Assembly: GCA_963720735.1 (NCBI GenBank)
Contig: CAVRGL010000011.1
Span: forward strand, 17,632-81,631
Origin: an uncultured Actinomycetes bacterium
Lineage (GTDB): Bacteria; Actinomycetota; Thermoleophilia; Solirubrobacterales; 70-9
Length of the DNA stretch: 64,000 nt
Reading direction: 5' to 3'
Shown here piece by piece: positions 27,501 through 34,048 of the stretch. The notes beneath the pieces are model-generated. The model was not told the origin of the DNA, did no database searches, and worked only from the letters and a program-made list of their open reading frames with translations. How positions within the stretch are numbered: position 1 is the stretch's first letter; every line of letters begins with the position of its first letter. The translations under genes and the position numbers were made by a program.

Positions 27501-28310
27501 ATCGCCGGCGGTGCGCGCCTGGCTCCCGCCACCGGCCCCGCTGGGGGCGTCGAGCTTCGGGTCATGGTTGAGGACCGCGCGCTGAAGCTCCTGCAGGGGA
27601 GGGCCGGGAGGGATCCCCAGCTCGTCCACCAGGGCGCGGTGGATCTGGGCATAGGACTCCAGGGCCTCGGCCTGCCGGCCGGTCCGGTAGAGGCAGACCA
27701 TCAGCTGCCCGCGGAGGCGCTCGCGCAGGGGGTGGGTGCCGACCAGGCCCTCGAGCTCGGCGGTCAGCGCCGCCTCGCGTCCCAGGCCCAGATCCGCCTC
27801 GATCCGCTCCTCGAGCGCGGCCAGACGAAGCTCCTCGAGCCGGGCGATCTCCGCTTGGGCGAACGGTGCGTAGGTGAAGTCAGCGAGCGCGGCCCCCCGC
27901 CACATTCCCAGGGCGTGGCGGAGGCCTTCGGCGGCGCTGGAGGCCTCGCCGCCGCGAAGGGCGTTCTTCGCCGCCTCCATCTCACGCTCGAATCGATCGG
28001 CGTCGAGCGCCTCGGGCTCGACGATCAGCGAGTAGCCGCCGGCGCGAGCGGGGAGCACCTGGCTGGGGGCACGCGGGGCGCGTTCCGGCTCCAGCGTGGA
28101 GCGCAGCCCCGTGACGTAGACCTGGAGGGCGTTGGCCGCAGTCCTCGGCGGCCGTCCGTCCCAGATCTCGTCGATCAGAAGGTCGGTGGAGACCACCTGG
28201 TTGGCATGGACCAGGAGGATCCCGAGCAGAGTTCGCTGCTTCGCCGCCGTCAGGGGCAGCGGGCGTCCGCGGTCACGAACCTCCAGGGGCCCGAGTATTC
28301 GGAACTCCAT
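24513..28310 (-). CDS. large SARP-family regulator: OmpR-type winged helix + BTAD + degenerate class III cyclase-like domain + P-loop NTPase + TPR-like repeats
   Basis: MEFRILGPLEV...LLGILL...VYVTGLR (wHTH). ...WRGAALADF...LRLAALEERIEADLGLG...LMVCLYRTGRQAEAL..Y (BTAD). ...MAVFGVPLAHEDDALRALRAA (cyclase-like). VLGPPGIGKSRLAQE (Walker A). A long helical-repeat C-terminus follows. Confidence 0.85.
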   Translation of the reverse strand: MEFRILGPLEVRDRGRPLPLTAAKQRTLLGILLVHANQVVSTDLLIDEIWDGRPPRTAANALQVYVTGLRSTLEPERAPRAPSQVLPARAGGYSLIVEPEALDADRFEREMEAAKNALRGGEASSAAEGLRHALGMWRGAALADFTYAPFAQAEIARLEELRLAALEERIEADLGLGREAALTAELEGLVGTHPLRERLRGQLMVCLYRTGRQAEALESYAQIHRALVDELGIPPGPPLQELQRAVLNHDPKLDAPSGAGGGSQARTAGDSRAEVASIPPPSRKSVAVMVIEREAAPSADPESRRRADECELDATQAVIEQHGGSVESVLGTRTMAVFGVPLAHEDDALRALRAAAELTTRSPESGPRPRAPRVGLAAGEVLAGGPVPISAEEPVRVAAELVGAASPGEALVSGEIRALLGGAGRFERVEGPPPAWRLVELAGEPPPLTRRPDAPLVGRETELAALHRALEQAAGKRAAQLVTVLGPPGIGKSRLAQELASRVGGEAIVVAGRCLPYGDGITFWPLREIIEQLSAEQPLDEILTSAEEDGRLAGAVGEALVEGGGSSSREEVFVGFRRLLEMAAEHRPVVAMFEDVHWAEPTLLDLIEYLAERGRRSPLLLICLARLELLEERPTWAIGRQNVSSILLEELTVSEAERMIAVLAPGFDPDTRRRALAAAEGNPLYLGQIVAMLSEGGLAAGEVPIPPTIQALLNARLDRLGPGERALIDRAAVIGKEFWEAAVEELLPEEAEPFTHRHLATLIRRQLLMPAHSLPGGGEGYRFHHILIQQAAYRAVPGALRAELHERFADWVEGHFSAGEFPEIVGHHLERAHHHRRETGSDLGAVAELASRASDHLAMAGRRAFGRGDMPAAAALLERACSLLGPRDSEAPQHFSDLGYALFEVGEFSAAERALAEAERRASTIGDRAVALSAKVKRSNVGLYTDPGAADLEALSEEAGEAIEALGQQGDDQGLSRAWTALAEVLYLRGLLVRAGEAALRAAEHARVAGSKREEAWAVGEYGLCLFEGPARVEESIARLTTVLDDARGNQIMAANVNGFLALQEALAGQIEQARARVADSLRHTHDLGLNWQTGIHSLLSAYVESLGGDPGNAERHLLKAKQAFVEIGDQWFLSTVAVDLARAIYDQGRHDDAWALADEIDRWPVPADTEWQIKRRTVRALLLAQAGDCRGASDLAAEAVAIAGGSEFALVHGEGLIALSDVHALGGSQDEAIAAAREAEAIHLAKGNVVGAGAARERLNSLGR

Positions 28311-28351
28311 CTCTCCTCTCCATCGGGAAAGGTAACAGCTAGCGCGAGATG

Positions 28352-28370
28352 GCTTAAGTAGCGCTTAAGT
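28352..28370. promoter_or_regulatory. direct repeat GCTTAAGT-N3-GCTTAAGT (11-bp phasing) in the divergent intergenic region; candidate SARP-type binding site
   Basis: GCTTAAGT occurs at 28352-28359 and 28363-28370 in an AT-rich stretch between the regulator start (28310, minus strand) and the small gene start (28430, plus strand). Confidence 0.3.
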
Positions 28371-28429
28371 GCAACTTTTGCGGCTGGTCCGAACCTCAGT
28401 GCGCTTCGCAAGCGATCGAGGAGGCGGAG

Positions 28430-28810
28430 ATGAAAGCAGGAAGCAGGATTGGACTCGGACTGACGCTGCTGGCGGTCTGCGCCGCCATCGTGCCGGTGGC
28501 GCCGGCCTCTGGGGAGGTCGTCCTTCACCGAGATCCGGCCGCGGCGGTTCCGTTCGTCGCCCAGGTCGGAGGATCCGAGAGCGGTCCCACCCTGCGCCGG
28601 GACGGCTCTGCCGCGGTCCCCTTCGTGGCCCAGGTCGGCCCGGACCGGACTTCCGGTGGTGACGGCTTCGATTGGGGCGACGCGGCGATGGGAGCGCTGG
28701 CCGGGGGGTTGCTCGTGCTGCTCGGCAGCCGCGCGTTGCGCACGCGGGGCCGGCGCTCGGGGCGGCTCGAGGTCGCCGCGCCGGGGGCAGGCGCTCAGCG
28801 CGCGCGCTGA
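28430..28810 (+). CDS. small secreted/anchored protein with an internal duplicated motif and a C-terminal helix plus basic tail
   Basis: Signal-like N-terminus MKAGSRIGLGLTLLAVCAAIVPVAPASG. The motif AAVPFVAQVG occurs twice. The C-terminus is FDWGDAAMGALAGGLLVLLGSRALRTRGRR. A GGAGG Shine-Dalgarno sequence lies upstream. Confidence 0.5.
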   Translation: MKAGSRIGLGLTLLAVCAAIVPVAPASGEVVLHRDPAAAVPFVAQVGGSESGPTLRRDGSAAVPFVAQVGPDRTSGGDGFDWGDAAMGALAGGLLVLLGSRALRTRGRRSGRLEVAAPGAGAQRAR

Positions 28811-28830
28811 GACCGGCGCGCTGAGGGAGG

Positions 28831-28869
28831 AGCCGGGCACGGCCGGCGGCATCTGCCGGCCGTGCTCGG
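28831..28869 (+). terminator. 16-bp stem-loop (one G.U) between the small gene and trpF; a terminator-like or attenuator-like hairpin without a clear U-tract
   Basis: GCCGGGCACGGCCGGC (28831-28846), loop GGCATCT, then GCCGGCCGTGCTCGGC (28854-28869). Confidence 0.4.
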
Positions 28870-28891
28870 CCGCTCCCGTACCCTTTCTCGC

Positions 28892-29527
28892 GTGCGGGTG
28901 AAGATCTGCGGGATCACCGATTTCGACGATGCGACCGCTGCGGTCGAGCTCGGCGCCTGGGCGATCGGTCTGATCCATCACCAGGCGAGCCCGCGCTTCT
29001 GCGGGCCGGCGGCGGCTGCGGAGATCGGGGCCGCCTTTCGGCGCCGCTGCGAGGTCGCGGGCGTGTTCGTCAACCCAACCCTCGACGAGGTGGCCAAGGC
29101 GGTGGAGAACGCCGGTCTGACGATCGTCCAGCTGAACGGCGAGGAGGGACCCTCGCTCTGCGCGGAGATCGGGCGCCGCACCGGGGCCAAGGTGGTCAAG
29201 GCGATCCACCTCTCGAGTGGTGCCGACCTTCAGGCGGCGGAGGCCTACCCGACCGATTTCCATCTCTTCGACTCCCGGCAGGCGGATCTCCGCGGCGGTA
29301 CCGGCCGCGCCTTCGACTGGGAGCTCTTGCGCGGGCGCCACTCGCCGGTCCCCGCGATCGTCGCGGGCGGGCTCCGGCCCGAGAACGTCGGCGAGGCGAT
29401 CGAGGTGACCCGTCCCTTCGCGGTCGACGTCGCCAGCGGAGTCGAGGCCGAGCCGGGCCGCAAGGACCCCGAACTGCTGACCGCCTTCTTCGAGGCTGCC
29501 CGGGCGGCCAGTCCCGCGACCGCATGA
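28892..29527 (+). CDS. trpF: phosphoribosylanthranilate isomerase
   Basis: VRVKICGIT... I prefer the GTG at 28892 because the track start at 28862 lies inside the hairpin. ...[10 protein letters not shown]... The ATGA overlaps trpB. Confidence 0.85.
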   Translation: MRVKICGITDFDDATAAVELGAWAIGLIHHQASPRFCGPAAAAEIGAAFRRRCEVAGVFVNPTLDEVAKAVENAGLTIVQLNGEEGPSLCAEIGRRTGAKVVKAIHLSSGADLQAAEAYPTDFHLFDSRQADLRGGTGRAFDWELLRGRHSPVPAIVAGGLRPENVGEAIEVTRPFAVDVASGVEAEPGRKDPELLTAFFEAARAASPATA

Positions 29528-30756
29528 CCGGGGGCACCGAGGTCGAGGAGAGGTTTGGCCCCTACGGGGGCCGCTACGTCCCCGAGACGCTGATCCCGGC
29601 TCTCGACCAGCTCACCGAAGCTTGGGCGCAGGCCCGCGACGATCCCTCATTCGGCGAGCGGCTGGCGCTGCTGCGGCGCGACTTCATCGGCCGTCCGACG
29701 CCGCTCTACCGCGCCGAGCGGCTCTCCGGGCTGCTCGGACGGACCGTCTATCTGAAGCGCGAGGACCTCGCCCATACGGGAGCCCACAAGGTCAACAACG
29801 CCGTCGGGCAAGCCCTGCTGGCCCAGCGGATGGGCAAGCCGCGGGTGATCGCTGAGACAGGCGCCGGCCAGCACGGGGTCGCGACGGCGACCGCCTGCGC
29901 GCTGCTTGGCCTCGAGTGCGTCGTCTACATGGGATCCGAGGACATCCGTCGTCAGGCGCCGAACGTCGAGCGCATGGCGCTCCTCGGCGCCGAGGTGGTT
30001 CCGGTCGAGGCGGGCGCCCGGACGCTGAAGGAGGCGGTCAGCGCGGCGATCCGCGACTGGGTGGCCAACGTCGCCTCGACCCACTACGTGATCGGCTCTG
30101 CGGTCGGGCCCGCTCCCTTTCCGGCGCTGGTCCGGGATCTTCAGAGGGTGATCGGCGACGAGGCGCGCGAGCAGGCGCTCGCCGCCGAGGGCGGCCTCCC
30201 GGAGCGGGTGATCGCCTGCGTCGGCGGAGGGTCCAACTCGATCGGCATCTTCACCGCGTTCCTCGACGACGAGGTCGTGCTGATCGGGGTCGAGGCCGCC
30301 GGAGAGGGGATCGAGAGCGGCCGTCACGGTGCCTCCCTCGGCGCCGGCCGCACCGGCGTCCTGCACGGCTCGCTCTCCTCGGTGATCTCGGACTCGGAGG
30401 GCCAGATCCTCGAGGCGCACTCGGTCTCCGCGGGGCTTGACTATCCAGGGGTCGGGCCGCAGCACGCCGCGCTTCGCGACAGCGGCCGCGCCAGCTACTT
30501 CTCGGTCACCGACGAGCAGGCGCTGGCAGCCTTCCACGAGCTCTCCCGGCTGGAGGGCATCATCCCCGCGCTCGAGGCGGCCCACGCGATCGCCTGGCTG
30601 CTGGAGAATTCCAATCCCCATCCCTCAGGCCACCCCGGCATCCCCGGACGCGAAGCGGAGGAGATGCCGGATAGTGGTTCTGGCTTCGATGTCTTGTGCC
30701 TCTCTGGGAGGGGCGACAAGGACCTGGCCGAGGTCGCGGAGCGCAGTGGCCGCTGA
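29524..30756 (+). CDS. trpB: tryptophan synthase beta chain
   Basis: ...[13 protein letters not shown]...[16 protein letters not shown]...GAGQHG...GGGSN..G... Confidence 0.97.
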   Translation: MTGGTEVEERFGPYGGRYVPETLIPALDQLTEAWAQARDDPSFGERLALLRRDFIGRPTPLYRAERLSGLLGRTVYLKREDLAHTGAHKVNNAVGQALLAQRMGKPRVIAETGAGQHGVATATACALLGLECVVYMGSEDIRRQAPNVERMALLGAEVVPVEAGARTLKEAVSAAIRDWVANVASTHYVIGSAVGPAPFPALVRDLQRVIGDEAREQALAAEGGLPERVIACVGGGSNSIGIFTAFLDDEVVLIGVEAAGEGIESGRHGASLGAGRTGVLHGSLSSVISDSEGQILEAHSVSAGLDYPGVGPQHAALRDSGRASYFSVTDEQALAAFHELSRLEGIIPALEAAHAIAWLLENSNPHPSGHPGIPGREAEEMPDSGSGFDVLCLSGRGDKDLAEVAERSGR

Positions 30757-31543
30757 GGCGATCGCCGCGGCCTTCGCCGCGGCCCGTGATCAGCGGAGAG
30801 CGGCGCTGATGCCCTACATGATGGGGGGCTTCCCCGACCGCGAGGGATCGGCGACGATCGCCGCCGCTTACGCCGACTCGGGCGCCGATCTGATCGAGCT
30901 CGGCGTCCCGTTCTCGGACCCGCTCGCCGACGGGCCGGTGATCCACGCGGCGGCGACCGCGGCCCTGGATGCCGGAGCGAACCTGGAGTCGGTGCTCGAG
31001 ACCTGCTCGGCCGTCGCCGGCCGCGTCCCGGTCGTGCTGATGGCCTACTCGAACATGATCCTGGCGAGGGGTGCCGAGGACTTCGCCAAACGGGCGGCGG
31101 AGGCCGGCGCGGCCGGGGCAATTGTCCCCGACCTGCCCCTGGGCGAAGCCGGGGAAATCGGCGAGGCCCTGGTCTCGGCCGGGCTGGCGAGCATCCCCCT
31201 GGTGGCGCCGACTACCCCGGAGGCACGCCGCGAGCGGATCTGCGAGGCGGCTAGCGGATTCGTCTATGTGGTCTCCGACGTCGGCACGACCGGCGAGCGG
31301 GCCGAGCTGCCGGCGGAGCTGTCGGAGCTGGTCGCCGCGGTGAAGCGGGAGGCCGAGGTGCCGGTCGCGGTCGGGTTCGGGATCGGCTCGCCGCAGCAGG
31401 CCGCCGAGGTCGGGCGGGTCGCTGACGGAGTGATCATCGGCAGCCGCCTCGTCCGCCTCGTCGCCGAGGCGGAGGAGATCGACGCGGCTCGATCGGATGT
31501 CTCGGACTTCCTTGCCCGCACGCGCGACGCCCTCGGCGGCTAG
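30746..31543 (+). CDS. trpA: tryptophan synthase alpha chain
   Basis: ...[12 protein letters not shown]...[20 protein letters not shown]...YVVS..GTTG... GTG at 30746 overlaps the trpB end. The longer track ORF from 30437 is upstream read-through in another gene. Confidence 0.93.
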   Translation: MAAEAIAAAFAAARDQRRAALMPYMMGGFPDREGSATIAAAYADSGADLIELGVPFSDPLADGPVIHAAATAALDAGANLESVLETCSAVAGRVPVVLMAYSNMILARGAEDFAKRAAEAGAAGAIVPDLPLGEAGEIGEALVSAGLASIPLVAPTTPEARRERICEAASGFVYVVSDVGTTGERAELPAELSELVAAVKREAEVPVAVGFGIGSPQQAAEVGRVADGVIIGSRLVRLVAEAEEIDAARSDVSDFLARTRDALGG

Positions 31544-31555
31544 GATTGCCGCGCA

Positions 31556-31717
31556 ATGGGACTGGTCGTCACCCTCTTCCTCGCCCTCGTAGCGACGACC
31601 CTCTCTTACGCGATCGGCCAGGGCGGGCCGGTGGCCGGGGTGGTCTTCCTCACAGTGCTGTTCATCGGCGCGGCGCTGCGGGTCTCGAAGCCGCTGATCG
31701 AGAAGCTCAAGCCCTAG
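31556..31717 (+). CDS. possible 53-aa two-helix membrane peptide
   Basis: MGLVVTLFLALVATTLSYAIGQGGPVAGVVFLTVLFIGAALRVSKPLIEKLKP. It is below the track's length cut-off and I found it by reading the gap after trpA. Confidence 0.3.
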   Translation: MGLVVTLFLALVATTLSYAIGQGGPVAGVVFLTVLFIGAALRVSKPLIEKLKP

Positions 31718-32010
31718 AGCCTTTCGCTGTCCATCGTCTCCACGATCTGGGCTCGCGCCGCCCCGGTCAGGGCCGGCACCGCCGCGCCGGCTTTCCAGAG
31801 ATTGGTCAGCGCGGCTCGTATGGACTCCGCTTGCCGGCGGCTGTCGAACTCCAGATCGACCTTGATGTGGTCGGGCTCCTCAGCCGGCTGAAAGACGCGG
31901 TAGCCGCGCAATCCCCGGCTCCTCGCGGCACACAGGGTCCAGCCGCGCAGGAAGGCCCGGTGCCACGCCTCGAAGTCGCTGACTGCATGTTCGATTCGAA
32001 GGATGGTCAC
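31714..32010 (-). CDS. small alpha+beta (Dabb/ABM-like) hypothetical protein
   Basis: GTG start gives VTILRIEHAVSDFEAWHRAF...DHIKVDLEFDSRRQAESI... It is paralogous to the C-terminal part of the next ORF. Confidence 0.5.
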   Translation of the reverse strand: MTILRIEHAVSDFEAWHRAFLRGWTLCAARSRGLRGYRVFQPAEEPDHIKVDLEFDSRRQAESIRAALTNLWKAGAAVPALTGAARAQIVETMDSERL

Positions 32011-32079
32011 GTTTCCGCTCTTTCCGGCGATCGAGCCGGTGGCCGACGCACGAGCGGCCACCGGCACGACCGCCTTTCG

Positions 32080-32931
32080 CTAGTAGATGACCTTCTCGGC
32101 TTCCTCGACGACTGTCGGGCCACTGCGGTCGGGGAACCGGTCGAGGACGCCTGAGGCGAGCAGCCGCTGGGCGCCTGCCCTGGCCTCCTCCGCGGAGGGG
32201 AACTCCACCTGGACGAAGACTTCGTCGGGGTTCTCGACGCTGCGGAAGAGCCGATAACCGCTTGCCTTGCCGCGGACGCCGGGCCGATCCTCGTCGAACA
32301 TCGGCTTCCACGATTCGTAGTTCCCGACCTCCAGCCGGGTCATGATCAAAGCCATTGAGACCACCTGTTTCAGCTCCCGGAGGCGCTCCTCGGTTCCCCA
32401 GAGGATCGGAGGATCGATCCCCGGCGGCAGCGGGGCGTGCTTGGCCGAGGTCATGAACATCTCACCGATGAGGCCGTCCGGGACCCAGTTGGCCATCCCG
32501 ATCCGCCCACCCGGCTTACAGACCCGCAGCAGCTCGGAGGCCGCCTGCTGTTGGTCGGGAGCGAACATCGCCCCGTAGATCGACATCACCACGTCGAAGC
32601 TCTCGTCCTCGAAGGGCAGCGACTCGGCATCGCCCTCGACGAACTCGATCTCGAGGCGCTCCGCTGCGGCCCGCTCGCGGCCGCGCTCCAGGAGCGCGGG
32701 CACGAAGTCGGCCCCGGTGGTGTTCCCCCAGGCCCGGCGGGCCGCGGCGATCGCCCCGTTGCCGCTGCCGCAGGCGACGTCGAGCACCTTCTCGCCGGGG
32801 AGGATCGCGAGTGACTCGGCCAGGTTCTCGGCGGTCGACATCACCAGGCCGGCGATCACCGAGAAGTCTCCCTCCGACCAGACCTTCTGCTGGACCTGCT
32901 TGACGGCGCCCAGGTCGGGCTCTTCGCTCAT
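32080..32931 (-). CDS. class I SAM-dependent methyltransferase fused in frame to a Dabb-like domain
   Basis: ...VLDVACGSGNGAIAAA...FDVVMSIYGAMFAPD...CKPGGRIGMANW..., followed by ...MTRLEVGNYESWKPMFDEDRPG...VFVQVEFPSAEEA... Confidence 0.75.
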   Translation of the reverse strand: MSEEPDLGAVKQVQQKVWSEGDFSVIAGLVMSTAENLAESLAILPGEKVLDVACGSGNGAIAAARRAWGNTTGADFVPALLERGRERAAAERLEIEFVEGDAESLPFEDESFDVVMSIYGAMFAPDQQQAASELLRVCKPGGRIGMANWVPDGLIGEMFMTSAKHAPLPPGIDPPILWGTEERLRELKQVVSMALIMTRLEVGNYESWKPMFDEDRPGVRGKASGYRLFRSVENPDEVFVQVEFPSAEEARAGAQRLLASGVLDRFPDRSGPTVVEEAEKVIY

Positions 32932-33022
32932 CCTGACTCTCCTTCGCTTCGGGGTCGCGATGATTCTGGCGGCTGGGGCATGGTGGCGTTACGCTGCCGC
33001 GCAACGTGATTGAGGCCTCGGG

Positions 33023-34048
33023 ATGCGAATCGGCGTACTGACCGGCGGAGGCGATTGCCCCGGGCTGAACGCCGTAATCCGGGCGATCGTCCGCAAGGGC
33101 GTGGGCGAGTACGGGCACCAGTTCGTCGGCTACCGCGACGGATGGCGGGGACCGCTCGAGGGCGAGAGCCGCCCGCTGGGCATACCCGAGGTGCGGGGGA
33201 TCCTGCCGCGGGGCGGCACCATCCTCGGCTCGTCGCGAACCAACCCGATCGGGGAGCCGGACGGGATCGAGCGGCTGCGGGCGAACCTCTCCGAGGACGG
33301 CGTCGACGGCCTGATCGCGATCGGCGGCGAGGACACCCTGGGGGTGGCAAGCAGCCTCGGGGAGGCAGGGGTCAACGTCGTCGGCGTCCCGAAGACGATC
33401 GACAACGATCTCGGGGCGACCGATTACACCTTCGGTTTCGACACGGCCGTCAACATCGCGATGGAGGCGATCGACCGCCTCCACACGACAGCCGAGAGCC
33501 ATCACCGGGTGCTGATCGTCGAGGTCATGGGCCGTCACGCGGGCTGGATCGCCTTCCACGCGGGCCTTGCCGGCGGCGCCAACGTGATCCTCATCCCGGA
33601 GCAGACCTTCGATATCGAGCGCGTATGCGCCTACATCGAGCAGCGCTTCAAGAGTCAGTACGCGCCGATCATCGTCGTCTCCGAGGGCGCCGAGCCGACT
33701 GGCGGCATCCCGGATGCAGACGAGGCGCCGACCGATGCCTTCGGCCATGTCCGGCTCGGTGGCGTCGCCCATTGGCTCGAGGGGGAGATCGCCCGGCGGA
33801 CCGGAGAGGACGCGAGGGCGACCGTGCTGGGTCACGTCCAGCGAGGCGGCACGCCGACCGCCTTCGACCGCGTGCTCGCCACCCGCTTCGGGCTGCACGC
33901 GATCGACGCAGCCCACGAGGGCGCCTGGGGCAAGATGACCGCGCTGCGGGGCACCTCGATCGAGCTGGTCGACCTCTCCGAGGCGACCAGCAAGCTGAAG
34001 CTGGTGCCCGAGTCGCTCTACCGGGAGGCGGAGGTGTTCTTCGGCTGA
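33023..34048 (+). CDS. 6-phosphofructokinase (Asp104/Lys124-type signature, possibly PPi-dependent)
   Basis: MRIGVLTGGGDCPGLNAVIRAIVRKG..., ...IAIGGEDTLG..., ...GVPKTIDNDL..., ...MGRHAGWIA... Confidence 0.93.
   Translation: MRIGVLTGGGDCPGLNAVIRAIVRKGVGEYGHQFVGYRDGWRGPLEGESRPLGIPEVRGILPRGGTILGSSRTNPIGEPDGIERLRANLSEDGVDGLIAIGGEDTLGVASSLGEAGVNVVGVPKTIDNDLGATDYTFGFDTAVNIAMEAIDRLHTTAESHHRVLIVEVMGRHAGWIAFHAGLAGGANVILIPEQTFDIERVCAYIEQRFKSQYAPIIVVSEGAEPTGGIPDADEAPTDAFGHVRLGGVAHWLEGEIARRTGEDARATVLGHVQRGGTPTAFDRVLATRFGLHAIDAAHEGAWGKMTALRGTSIELVDLSEATSKLKLVPESLYREAEVFFG

Noticed and set aside
22933-28891. Genomic island or mobile element interrupting the trp operon
   Set aside because: The block contains no integrase, transposase, recombinase or tRNA attachment site, and I saw no flanking direct repeats. 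I report it as a split operon rather than a mobile element.
30437-30745. N-terminal extension of trpA (368-aa track ORF)
   Set aside because: The extension overlaps the trpB 3' end in another frame and is Pro/Ser/Arg-rich. The conserved TrpA sequence begins right after GTG 30746, which overlaps the trpB stop as is usual for trpBA coupling.
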